Of a stretch of DNA of 64,000 nt, positions 53,080 to 62,285 are shown piece by piece. This stretch comes from a virus (lineage: Duplodnaviria; Caudoviricetes): positions 1 through 64,000 of IMG/VR virus record IMGVR_UViG_3300028048_000124. One strand, given 5' to 3'. The notes under the pieces are model-generated. The model searched no databases and was not told the DNA's origin. It saw nothing but the letters and a program-made list of their open reading frames with translations. How positions within the stretch are numbered: position 1 is the stretch's first letter; every line of letters starts with the position of its first letter. A program made the translations under genes and the position numbers.

Positions 53080-54996
53080 TTAGAATTGTGAATTGTCCGT
53101 CCCATCTGGCACGCCTAACTCATCAAACGAAGGTAAGTATGATTCCTCGCCTTCGGTGCTGGGCTGCTCTTCGGTCGGAGGTACTTCCTCAGGTGGAGGC
53201 GGTAATTCACTTCCTGGTTCCTCTGGAGGAGTCTCAGTGCTCAACTCGGTCGGTCCTTCCCCGGACGTTTCAGGTTCCTTGCCCTCCTCGACTTCGTTCT
53301 CAAGAGAGTCAATGTAGTCCTGCAACAATGAGACGACCTCTGTATCAGCGATTGACTCAGCCAACAACGACTTCAGAATCTTCAACTTGATGATTGGGTC
53401 TTGGATATCCGCCAATTGAACCATGATGTCGTTGATGACGCCGACTTTGTTCTTCTTGTTCTCACGTCTGTCCAACTCCTCTTGGGTGACAGGTGCCTGC
53501 ATCCTGATTGTGAATTTGTTGACGTATCCGAAAAGTTTTCTGTCCATCAACATCAGGTTGACCAAATCGGTAATCATCTGGCACATCGTGTTTTGGACCC
53601 TCTTGACTGATTTGCCGTAACGAGAGGATTGGATTGACAGCGAAGTGCCGCCGTTGAATCCGGCACCGTCGTCGGTTACGCCGAAGAACGCCTTAGGGAC
53701 GCCCAAGGCACCGAACAACTTGTCTTGGAAGTGGTCGATATCGGTGAATTGCTTTGGGTCGAAGTCACCGCCTACCGTGGTGGTCGTGATGTTTCCGATT
53801 CCTCCGTGTGTAGGGGCGTAGATGAAGTTCTCGACCGGTGCCGGGTTGTTATACTCGGTCATCGAGTGGTCTTTGTCCAACGAAATCTTCTGCTCCATCA
53901 ATTGCTTGATTGACTGCAGGTGTGCGCCGATTTGCTCTTTCGGCATGTTTCCGACTTCGACGTTGACGATTCTAAGGATTGATGACTTTGTGATTCTGTT
54001 CAACAACGCGGAATCCTCAAGCAACGTCAATTGCCTCCAAATCTTGAAGACGGTGGCCAACTCGGATTGGCCTCTTTTTACTTTGTATGTCCTTGCTCCG
54101 GTGTTGTTCTTGTAGTCGTCGTCATTGGTGAAGATGTCGACTTCCTCCGGAACCCTGCTCGAATTGTCTTCCAAACAGGCATGGACGAAATCGGTGGCGC
54201 CGTAAACCTCTATGTCCCTTTTCTTCAATTTGTATTGCAAAAGGGAATTGTACATCATGTCAGATTGCTTTGAGTATTGGATGTTGATTGGGGCTTTGAC
54301 GAATCCCATCGTCTTGCCGAACTTGGTCAACTCGAACATCTCGCCGGGGTTTGGCACCATCTCGACGTAATTGACGTAATGGTCTCCCTGCTCATGTAAA
54401 ACGACGTTGACGTTCTCCTTCAACGATTCGACTTTCTCGGCATCCTTGACTGGGTCCAAACCCTCGTCGATTGAATCCAGGTTAAAACCTTCGTTAAGTT
54501 TTTCCCTTTCGTCTATTTTCTCCTTGTCGAACAATTCGTCTTCCTTTTCGTAGTCGGATTGTCTGTAAAGCCTTAGGTACAAATCACCGTATTTAATCAA
54601 TGAGTGCATCCATCTGTATGCGTTTTTGTCGACGTTCATGCTGTCCAACAGATACGAAACGTATTTGCCGCAGTTGGCGTCGTCCGATTCGGCCCAGATG
54701 ATTTGTCCGGCGTCGTTCGTTTCGACCGCGTCTTCGGCGACCGTCTTCAAATACGATGCCAAAATCGGGTCCTCCGACATGGTGTCAATCAATCTGTAGA
54801 TGTATTCCCTGTTTTGTGAGACGGTAGAAAAGCCCTCCAACTTAGAGATGTCTATGTTGGAATTGATTGCAGCACTGACGATATTGCTCAACAACGTCTC
54901 ATCCGTGTCGATGCCAATCTCGGCAGGCTCTTTCGGAACCGCTGTGACTTTGGTTCCGACTAATGGGTTTTCGGTAGTTTTCTTTTCCTCTGCCAT
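53080..54996 (-). CDS. portal protein (gp20-like)
   Basis: KYGDLYLRL, LEDSALLNRITKS..RIVNVEVGNMP, LFGALGVP, KRVQ motifs. Start MAEEK behind AAGGAG SD. Confidence 0.9.
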   Translation of the reverse strand: MAEEKKTTENPLVGTKVTAVPKEPAEIGIDTDETLLSNIVSAAINSNIDISKLEGFSTVSQNREYIYRLIDTMSEDPILASYLKTVAEDAVETNDAGQIIWAESDDANCGKYVSYLLDSMNVDKNAYRWMHSLIKYGDLYLRLYRQSDYEKEDELFDKEKIDEREKLNEGFNLDSIDEGLDPVKDAEKVESLKENVNVVLHEQGDHYVNYVEMVPNPGEMFELTKFGKTMGFVKAPINIQYSKQSDMMYNSLLQYKLKKRDIEVYGATDFVHACLEDNSSRVPEEVDIFTNDDDYKNNTGARTYKVKRGQSELATVFKIWRQLTLLEDSALLNRITKSSILRIVNVEVGNMPKEQIGAHLQSIKQLMEQKISLDKDHSMTEYNNPAPVENFIYAPTHGGIGNITTTTVGGDFDPKQFTDIDHFQDKLFGALGVPKAFFGVTDDGAGFNGGTSLSIQSSRYGKSVKRVQNTMCQMITDLVNLMLMDRKLFGYVNKFTIRMQAPVTQEELDRRENKKNKVGVINDIMVQLADIQDPIIKLKILKSLLAESIADTEVVSLLQDYIDSLENEVEEGKEPETSGEGPTELSTETPPEEPGSELPPPPEEVPPTEEQPSTEGEESYLPSFDELGVPDGTDNSQF

Positions 54997-55020
54997 CTTA
55001 TTCTCCTTCCGCAATGTCAA

Positions 55021-55035
55021 TCATTTAATTTAGCA
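55021..55035 (-). promoter_or_regulatory. candidate late promoter
   Basis: Exact motif before portal. Confidence 0.75.
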
Positions 55036-55040
55036 ACCTA

Positions 55041-57119
55041 TTACCAAACTATTATCCCCTGGCCAAGGTAAGGTTGCGACACAGGCTTTGCCGGTGGGAT
55101 TGCACTTTGGTGCTGCGGTTGCGCCGGCTGCGGGTTGTTGCCGGCTGGTTGCGGATTGTCATTTCTTCCTATTCCAGCCAAGGGGTCGAGTGCCCTCTTC
55201 ATCTCCTCCTCGAAATCGACAACCATTTGATTTACGGAAACGCCTTTCTCGGAGTTAACCTGCTTGACCACGTCTATCGTTTCACCGTGGTCGAATGCGA
55301 ATTCCTCCGCGTATAACGACGCGTTGTATAACGCACCGCACACGGCGTCGGCTTGGTCTTTTGAGTTTATGCCAGCCGGGCTGTGGTCTATCTTGCCGTT
55401 TCCGTCCCTTACCAATCCGATGATTTCGTCGGTGAGCAGTTTCGTTTCGTATGTTTCGATACGCTCTTCGTAGATTGCGTTCTTGAACGTTATGTACGGT
55501 TTGCACTGTCTGTTCTCAAGCCTATCGACCGAGATTACCTTGCAATCGAATCCCTGGGCGGATAGTTGTTGAGCCAAGTCAGCGGATTGGAAAGTATCGT
55601 AACTGATTCCCTTGATGTTGAATCCCTGTTCCCTAAGCCAATATATGAACTGTCTGTTCTTCTCGAATGACACCTGGTGTCCCTTCGGTGCCTTGATTGA
55701 CACCGAGAACGCCAACTGATAATACAGTTCCTTTGAGTCCGGCACGCCGTCGACGTGTGGTTTCTTACCTTTAATCCACACGCCTGCGATACCTGTTTTG
55801 TCGCCGGACATGGACATGTCGAGGTGGATGTACAACGGCATCGAGACCATGTTTTGGTCTATCAATCCCATGTCGAAGAAATCCTTGTACTGTGTGTTGT
55901 CATCGGTTCCGTCTCCGACGACCAGTATTTCCTTGGTGAATGGGTTCTTGTGTCCTTCCTTGCGACACCTCGCCCAACGGACGCCGCTGATGTAACTCAT
56001 GCTGTTAGACGTCGAGATGCCTGCGATATCCGTCAAGGCGATATCAAGGTCATCTGTGAAGTTCTCATAATATCCCATCGGGACCATTAGGATTGTGTAT
56101 CCCCTGTCCCTGTATATCTGCATCTCCTTCTCGGTTATCCCGAGTGGCAAGACCTCGCTGTCAAGGAATTTGTTGCCGACGGCGACCGCGAATTTCCTCG
56201 GGCTGTCCTTATCGGTACGGATGACCCATTGGGGCTCATCGACGATGAGTGTCGTCTTGGATTCGTTCTTCCTCTTCATGTCGATATACGTTTCGAGGAA
56301 CGATTGGTCGGTTCTCTTGGACGATGCCAAAATGTGTAATGTAGGAAGTTTCTCGCCCTTCATGAAACGGGATTGCATACGGGCGTCGATGGAACTGATT
56401 AACTGCTTTGCCTTGGCCTTCTGCTTTTCGACGTCTTGGTTCTGGATGAACGAGATTTCGTCCTCGAACGACGCGAATATGGCACGACCGATGACGTGCC
56501 TTGGCTGTGAGCCGTAAATCAACTCCACGCCTTTGTTAGGTTGCCATACGGGCTCCTGTGCCTTGTTGACCGTTCCGTGGGCCATGAACCAGGGGCTTGA
56601 TTGAAGCAACTCCTGAATCTTGCTCCAGGCGACGCCTTTGGCGGCATCCAACGTGATGTTAATCAAGGATACCGTGATGTGGTCGATTGGCTGCAACCCG
56701 AAATGTTTGTATGGGTCCTTCAGGCAAAGCAATCTGTAAAGCATGTAAAGCAAACAGATGACGGCGAAGAAGGATTTACCGAGACCGATGGCACCTGACA
56801 ATACCACGGTGTTGTACGCAGTGTCGACGTTATTCGGGAAAATCTCATGGAGTTTCTCAACCCAATACGGGAATACCGTGAACTTACCTTCGTCGTTCAC
56901 GAGGCCGTTTCCAAGGTATTTGGGGTCGCGCAAAAAAGTCTCCACGTCAACTGGAATCTCAGCGTAGTCGGCGTAAAGCAAATCCTCGTATAACTTGGAT
57001 TTGCCGGACTCCGACATCTCCTTCAATATCTTAAGGGCGACTTCCCTCTCAGCGGGAGACAAGGCGTCCAAGGCCTCTGTGTTCAATTTTGTAATGTCCA
57101 AGGAATTTCCTCCATCCAT
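55041..57119 (-). CDS. terL: terminase large subunit
   Basis: Walker A GAIGLGKS, Walker B FEDEI, nuclease IHLDMS, ISYDTFQS and KDQADA. Confidence 0.9.
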   Translation of the reverse strand: MDGGNSLDITKLNTEALDALSPAEREVALKILKEMSESGKSKLYEDLLYADYAEIPVDVETFLRDPKYLGNGLVNDEGKFTVFPYWVEKLHEIFPNNVDTAYNTVVLSGAIGLGKSFFAVICLLYMLYRLLCLKDPYKHFGLQPIDHITVSLINITLDAAKGVAWSKIQELLQSSPWFMAHGTVNKAQEPVWQPNKGVELIYGSQPRHVIGRAIFASFEDEISFIQNQDVEKQKAKAKQLISSIDARMQSRFMKGEKLPTLHILASSKRTDQSFLETYIDMKRKNESKTTLIVDEPQWVIRTDKDSPRKFAVAVGNKFLDSEVLPLGITEKEMQIYRDRGYTILMVPMGYYENFTDDLDIALTDIAGISTSNSMSYISGVRWARCRKEGHKNPFTKEILVVGDGTDDNTQYKDFFDMGLIDQNMVSMPLYIHLDMSMSGDKTGIAGVWIKGKKPHVDGVPDSKELYYQLAFSVSIKAPKGHQVSFEKNRQFIYWLREQGFNIKGISYDTFQSADLAQQLSAQGFDCKVISVDRLENRQCKPYITFKNAIYEERIETYETKLLTDEIIGLVRDGNGKIDHSPAGINSKDQADAVCGALYNASLYAEEFAFDHGETIDVVKQVNSEKGVSVNQMVVDFEEEMKRALDPLAGIGRNDNPQPAGNNPQPAQPQHQSAIPPAKPVSQPYLGQGIIVW

Positions 57120-57126
57120 TCATATA

Positions 57127-57141
57127 TCACTTAATTTAGCA
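57127..57141 (-). promoter_or_regulatory. candidate late promoter (one mismatch)
   Basis: TGCTAAATTAAGTGA before terL. Confidence 0.7.
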
Positions 57142-57160
57142 ATCGTTTTTTAAAATTTTT

Positions 57161-57185
57161 AAAAAAGACCGGGATTAACCCGGCC
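57161..57185 (-). terminator. intrinsic terminator
   Basis: GGCCGGG/CCCGGTC stem plus T6. Confidence 0.8.
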
Positions 57186-57186
57186 T

Positions 57187-59859
57187 TTATGCTTTTCTGC
57201 TTAATACGGAAATGAAGTCTTCGTAACCGTACTTCTCCGTGTCTTCCTCGCTCGGTGCGAACGCCAGGACGAACGTTTCGCCTTCCGCCAGGTCATAATC
57301 CAAGAAGATTTCAAGTGCCTGCTCGAACGTGAAGAACCCGGCGAACTCGGCGGGGTCGATGTTTCCGTCAATCCAATCTCCGCTGCTCGTCTCGAGGCTA
57401 AAGAACCATGCATCCTCCTCAAGCAAATCCTTTTTGTCTAGGATTTCCCTCCTGTCTTCGTGGACGATGTATTTGTTGATGATTTCTTCGGATGAATCTC
57501 CTCCCGCTCTAAATTCGATGTCAGAGAGATTGTTTTCATCTTCAACTCCATCGACAATCGCTCCATCTTCCTCTTCCAACGGAATTCCTCCATCATCTCC
57601 GCGTGCGTCTTCTTCACCATCATCCAAATCTATCTCCCCAAATCCTTCGAACGCGTTTATGTCCTCTTGCCACTCGTTGTTCTCGAACACGGCGAAGTAA
57701 ACCTGCTGTCCGGTATGCATGTCGGATACGACGAGTGCTACACCCTGCTCCATATACCCGCTGTAGATTTGTTCCTCTATGGCTGCCTTCCACTGCGGAA
57801 TCGCGGCCTGAACGTCCTCAAACGAATCGACGTAGCATAAACCGGAAGGATAATCGTATCCGTATTTATCCAATACTTCCTTGACGAACTCCGGGTCATA
57901 GTCCTCGGTGATTGGTCCTCCCAATCTCCTCGTGACCTTCGCTTCGTTTGTTCCGTCGCTCTCATCTGTTCCATCATCGAGTTCCAATTCCGCGGAACTT
58001 CCGATTATGTCGTCCTTCCTGTCCTTCAACTCATCTGAGGCCAGTTCCCAGACGAGGTCGTTTATCTTCTCGCTTAGCCAATCGTTATTATACAAATCGC
58101 TGCCGATTTGCCGGGCCAAAACACTCTTCTCGTCATCAGATAGGTTGCAGTAGATGAACGTGCACTCCAATGCCGTGTCGCCGTTGGCAAACGGATTGGA
58201 CCATTCCTCTTCGGTGTAATTCGCTTTGTCGAAATAATAGTCAAGCGAATCCTTTGCCAAGATTGCCCACATATTCTCGATATCGCTGTAATCGTAGTCT
58301 GTGTACCAGTCTTCATTGAGAATCCTTTGGTCATGGCACGCCTTGATTTTCTTTGCCGCCTCGACCATTATCCTCTTGAAAGGCACTTTGTTTTCCTTTA
58401 GTTTCGCGATATAATCATTCAATTTCTCCGGTGTCAATGATTCGCCGACGTCATCCGTTCCGTCATCCAAATCGAATTCGACGTATTCGGCGACGTCGAT
58501 TGGGCCGACCCTATCAATCAACTCATCCAACAATTCGGCGAACGATTCCTCGAACCACTCCTGGTCGAATTCGTTCCACCCATAGTAAGGCTCCCTGAAT
58601 TCGAATTCCTCGCAGATGTCCTCTATGACCTGCGTCTCTATGTTCGCTTGCAAATCGGCTGAGTAATATCCGAACTGTTCGACGAAATTTAATAGGTTCG
58701 TGTCATCCGTCAGGTAGTTCCTATCCACGGAAACCGATATCTTTCTGCTCCCGTCGAACCCGTTCGTCAATTCTACTCCGGTAGGCAAGGCGTCCCTGAA
58801 CGCCTCTTTGAAAGCCTCTTCCGCCTGGTTGCATGAACCTGACTCCACGCCTCTGTTATACGCTTCCGTGTAAACGCTGATTAATTCGTCCTTGATGTCG
58901 TCCTCGATTCTTCCCTCGTACCCTTCTTTGTCAGTTAGGATATTGCAGAAATCCTCGGCTGAGATTCCCAATCTCTCAACCATCTCGTCAGTGACGTGGT
59001 ACTGCATTTGATTTAGGTCCGCCGCATCATACCCGCCGAAATAATTCCACAAATCCCCGACGATTGCGTCTTCGAGGAACTCCTCGGATAAATCTGTGTG
59101 ACCCTTATCCGCCAAATCGCGTGCCGTGACCTCGACTTGAAGATGGTCGTTCTCGCCCAATATCTTATCTATCTCCTGGATGAGTTTTTCCTTTAGTTTT
59201 GGATTGTCCGTCAAATCGCTTTCGGTTTCAATCATCCCGGCCACATCGTTGGCATCCAGCATATCCAATATATTCTCGTTTTCAACCAAGTAGTTAAATA
59301 CGTCTTTGAAATCCCTGTGGAGTGACCACCAGTTGATGGAGTATCCCCTGTTGTCTATGCAGTACTTCCTCTTGAAGTCAAGTAGGAATCTGTATTCCGG
59401 GCTGTTCTTGTCGACCAATACGAATGCTCCGTCATCGACGCATTTCTGATAATCCCCGTCGGAAAAATCCCATCTGGTAGGTTCCTCAAGCAGCCTATAG
59501 GCATCGAGTGTCTTTGGCCTCAACAGCAAAGTGTCGTCGTTTTCATAGACCAAATCGCACTCTTCCAGAATCCTGCTCGATTTTATTTCCTGTATGTCCT
59601 TGATGAAATCGTCGGCGGAACGGTATGAATCGATTGACCTGAATCCCCTCTTATCCTTCAGATACATCTGCAGTCCTGTTTTCACCGCCTTGTAATTGTC
59701 GTAAGTCAGGCTGTCGTCCTTGATGAGGCTTACGAGCCACTCGCAAAAATCGCCTGTGGTCATGTCGTCGTTGTTCGAAGTTGGGTCGGCGTATATCGCC
59801 AAGCCCAAATCGGAATCGTTGATATCCGGGTATTTGTTTTTCAATTCCTGCCACGTCAT
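57187..59859 (-). CDS. 890-aa acidic multidomain protein with degenerate PcfJ-like N-terminal domain
   Basis: VYENDDTLLLRPKT..PTRWD (no Cys). LxE/IxE motifs between domains. Confidence 0.55.
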   Translation of the reverse strand: MTWQELKNKYPDINDSDLGLAIYADPTSNNDDMTTGDFCEWLVSLIKDDSLTYDNYKAVKTGLQMYLKDKRGFRSIDSYRSADDFIKDIQEIKSSRILEECDLVYENDDTLLLRPKTLDAYRLLEEPTRWDFSDGDYQKCVDDGAFVLVDKNSPEYRFLLDFKRKYCIDNRGYSINWWSLHRDFKDVFNYLVENENILDMLDANDVAGMIETESDLTDNPKLKEKLIQEIDKILGENDHLQVEVTARDLADKGHTDLSEEFLEDAIVGDLWNYFGGYDAADLNQMQYHVTDEMVERLGISAEDFCNILTDKEGYEGRIEDDIKDELISVYTEAYNRGVESGSCNQAEEAFKEAFRDALPTGVELTNGFDGSRKISVSVDRNYLTDDTNLLNFVEQFGYYSADLQANIETQVIEDICEEFEFREPYYGWNEFDQEWFEESFAELLDELIDRVGPIDVAEYVEFDLDDGTDDVGESLTPEKLNDYIAKLKENKVPFKRIMVEAAKKIKACHDQRILNEDWYTDYDYSDIENMWAILAKDSLDYYFDKANYTEEEWSNPFANGDTALECTFIYCNLSDDEKSVLARQIGSDLYNNDWLSEKINDLVWELASDELKDRKDDIIGSSAELELDDGTDESDGTNEAKVTRRLGGPITEDYDPEFVKEVLDKYGYDYPSGLCYVDSFEDVQAAIPQWKAAIEEQIYSGYMEQGVALVVSDMHTGQQVYFAVFENNEWQEDINAFEGFGEIDLDDGEEDARGDDGGIPLEEEDGAIVDGVEDENNLSDIEFRAGGDSSEEIINKYIVHEDRREILDKKDLLEEDAWFFSLETSSGDWIDGNIDPAEFAGFFTFEQALEIFLDYDLAEGETFVLAFAPSEEDTEKYGYEDFISVLSRKA

Positions 59860-59873
59860 AGTTTATTCCTCAA

Positions 59874-59888
59874 TCATTTAATTTAGCA
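59874..59888 (-). promoter_or_regulatory. candidate late promoter
   Basis: Exact motif. Confidence 0.75.
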
Positions 59889-59890
59889 CA

Positions 59891-59920
59891 ATAAAAGCCT
59901 CCCAACGATGTGGAAGGCTT
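59891..59920 (-). terminator. intrinsic terminator
   Basis: AAGCCTTCCA/TGGGAGGCTT stem plus TTATT. Confidence 0.7.
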
Positions 59921-59935
59921 GTGGTTTTCGCTTTA

Positions 59936-61036
59936 TCAGAGCATCGTGGTCAAGAGAAGTTGTTCGTTGACTCCTTCGTCTTCGTCCGTGTCGATGCCAC
60001 CCTCGTCGTTATCTGGATGGTTGTTGTCCCTGACTTGGATGTTTGGCATATTGGTCCTGACCCAATCCCTCAATCTGTCCGCATCATAGAACTCGACTTG
60101 CACGAATTCGTGAGGTCCGCGTTGTGCGTACAACGGGCTTGCCTCGCCGTTTCTGAATAGGAACAACGTGAATCTGCCGTTTTCCAACTTGGCGATTGCG
60201 AATCCGTCATCCAACTCGCTTTCAAGGGTCATGTTGAATTGAGCCAATGCGTCTTCCAAGGAGTCCGCCTCGACCTGTCTCGGTTCTACTTGGACCATTT
60301 CCATTTCCGGCTGTGCGGGCTCTTCGGGTTCGTCTACGGGTACCGGTGCGTCCTCGTCGTCTTCGTATTCGTCGTCGTAGTCGTCTTCGCGTTTCTCGAT
60401 TCTGAGTCCGGCCAATTCAGGAACGGCTGTCGCCAGGTCAGCGGGTCCGTCCGGAAGGTATCCGATGTTGTGGTCAGGGGCGTTCCAGACATCGCATCCG
60501 CTTCCGGAGATGTGTGGGCAGATGCAGTATTTCTCGTCGCCGTTCTTGATTGCGATATAATATCCCTTGTATTGTGCGTAGTCGCCGCCCTCCAGGTATT
60601 TGTCGAAGAACTCCTGTCCCCTGTTTTCGTAACCTGGGTATCTGCCAGTGATGCACCATCTGGTCTGTGCGCCGTATTTGACGGCCGCTTCGTAGGTGGT
60701 GATGTGGTAGACCTTCCATTGGTCTCCGCCGTATTCTCCCTCGTAGACGAGTTCGGCACCCTCTTCGGCCGTGCGTCTCCTCTGCGAATTCGTGGGTTTG
60801 TTTTCGAGGTTGGATAGGAACGTCTCCAACTCGGCGACTGCAGCATCGCCTTCGTTGTTCTTCTTGCCAATCCAGTAACCCATGTCGTTCTCTGGTGCCC
60901 TCATCCTGTTCTTCTGGGCCTTGAATCTGGCCAACATGTCTTCACCGAAAGCACTGATGAAGTTGTTGTCCATCTGCCTCGATTCCTCAAGTTCGTCCCT
61001 TTCAAATGCCTCGTTTAACATTCTGAAATAATTCAT
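59936..61036 (-). CDS. PcfJ-like domain protein with acidic C-terminal domain
   Basis: WKVYHITTYEAAVKYGAQTRWCITG; N-terminal MLNE..LEES. Confidence 0.6.
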   Translation of the reverse strand: MNYFRMLNEAFERDELEESRQMDNNFISAFGEDMLARFKAQKNRMRAPENDMGYWIGKKNNEGDAAVAELETFLSNLENKPTNSQRRRTAEEGAELVYEGEYGGDQWKVYHITTYEAAVKYGAQTRWCITGRYPGYENRGQEFFDKYLEGGDYAQYKGYYIAIKNGDEKYCICPHISGSGCDVWNAPDHNIGYLPDGPADLATAVPELAGLRIEKREDDYDDEYEDDEDAPVPVDEPEEPAQPEMEMVQVEPRQVEADSLEDALAQFNMTLESELDDGFAIAKLENGRFTLFLFRNGEASPLYAQRGPHEFVQVEFYDADRLRDWVRTNMPNIQVRDNNHPDNDEGGIDTDEDEGVNEQLLLTTML

Positions 61037-61049
61037 GTCAGATATCTCC

Positions 61050-61391
61050 TTACTTTGTCATGTCGTTGACGAACTTGACGGTGCTGTCGATGTAATCGCT
61101 CAACTGGTCGATGAACGCGTCCAAGTCAACCCCGGCCGCCTTGCAACTGGCCTTGACCGATGCGATGACCATCTCCTTCTTTTCCTTGCCGGCCTTTCCG
61201 GATTTCTCCGCTTCCTTGATTGCCGCATCAGCCATCGCCATAATCATCGCCCAGATTTCGGACGCCGATTTCTCCTTCATGGCCTTGATGAGGTTCTTGA
61301 TTGCGAAGAACGCACCGATGCCGGTTCCGATTAATCCGCATAAGCCGGTGATTAATGCGATAAGTCCGTTCGCTGTAGTAATCCAATCCAT
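61050..61391 (-). CDS. holin (LL-H-like)
   Basis: One N-terminal TM helix, then AIKEAEKSGKAGKEKKEMV..IDSTVKFVN pattern. Confidence 0.7.
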   Translation of the reverse strand: MDWITTANGLIALITGLCGLIGTGIGAFFAIKNLIKAMKEKSASEIWAMIMAMADAAIKEAEKSGKAGKEKKEMVIASVKASCKAAGVDLDAFIDQLSDYIDSTVKFVNDMTK

Positions 61392-61408
61392 ATTCGTTCT
61401 CCTTTACC

Positions 61409-61861
61409 TTACTTCTTGGTTTCGTTTAACCTTTGTCTAGGTCTTGGTTTAGGTTTTGGCGTCTCATCCATCTGCATCACCGTGTCGTGCATGCTGTCGG
61501 CGACGCCGTTTTTACCCAGGTTATGATACGACCAGTAGATTGAATCGTAATCCCTTTTATCACCTACGGTGCAATATCCCCGTTCCTTGTATTCGTTATA
61601 TAGGCGAACCAAGTCGACGTACAGGTCTTTCTGCAACCCGTTCTTCACGAGTCCCAAGTCGTTCTTTATGCATCCGACCTCTTCCTTCACTGGTTCCAGT
61701 TCGTCTCGTATGACTTCCCTGAATTCCTCCTGTCTGTCTTTCTTGATTTGCTCTATGTGTTTCTTGCTTCTGTGCTTTATTGACTTGTATATATCCGCCA
61801 CTACCAAGCCGATGAGCGAACTGCCGCCCAAGGCTAATAGGATTTGTAACCATACCGGCAT
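61409..61861 (-). CDS. lysis-cassette membrane protein (holin-associated)
   Basis: N-terminal TM helix, coiled coil, YNEYKERGY..YHNLGKNG pattern of Bacillota phage pre-holin genes. Confidence 0.55.
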   Translation of the reverse strand: MPVWLQILLALGGSSLIGLVVADIYKSIKHRSKKHIEQIKKDRQEEFREVIRDELEPVKEEVGCIKNDLGLVKNGLQKDLYVDLVRLYNEYKERGYCTVGDKRDYDSIYWSYHNLGKNGVADSMHDTVMQMDETPKPKPRPRQRLNETKK

Positions 61862-61879
61862 AATCCGCCCCTCCCTATC

Positions 61880-61894
61880 TCATTTAATTTAGCA
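61880..61894 (-). promoter_or_regulatory. candidate late promoter
   Basis: Exact motif before the holin cassette. Confidence 0.75.
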
Positions 61895-61919
61895 TCGCGA
61901 AAACCGTCGCGAAAACATA

Positions 61920-62285
61920 TTATTCGACTATGAAGAATTTGCGCTTAGGCACCAAGGTAACTACTTGACTGGAGCCGTCAGCGTACTTCCTCTCCAACTT
62001 GATTGAATAATAGTATGTTCCGGTCAGAAGGTTCTCCGTGTCCTCGGGATTGAACCGGATTCTGATGTCGCCGTATTGGTTCAAATCATCCCTCTTATAC
62101 GCTTTCCTGATGATTGCGTTCTCGAATGGCTGATTCGCCTCCATGACGCCGACGTAGACCGTATCGTCGTCGTTTAACGGATACCTCATCGGAACCATCT
62201 TGGTCCCGCAATTGATAAAGAAGTTGAATTCGAAGGTGTCTCCCCTGTTGATTGTTATCAATTGATTAGATGAAATGCCTGACAT
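61920..62285 (-). CDS. BppU-N-like Ig-fold protein
   Basis: ITINRGDTFEF..FNPEDTENL..GTYYYSIKL. Confidence 0.55.
   Translation of the reverse strand: MSGISSNQLITINRGDTFEFNFFINCGTKMVPMRYPLNDDDTVYVGVMEANQPFENAIIRKAYKRDDLNQYGDIRIRFNPEDTENLLTGTYYYSIKLERKYADGSSQVVTLVPKRKFFIVE

Noticed and set aside
11829-57119. Inteins in the helicase, terminase, portal or NrdD
   Set aside because: Lengths are ordinary, and no C/S...HN-C/S/T splice junctions interrupt the conserved motifs.
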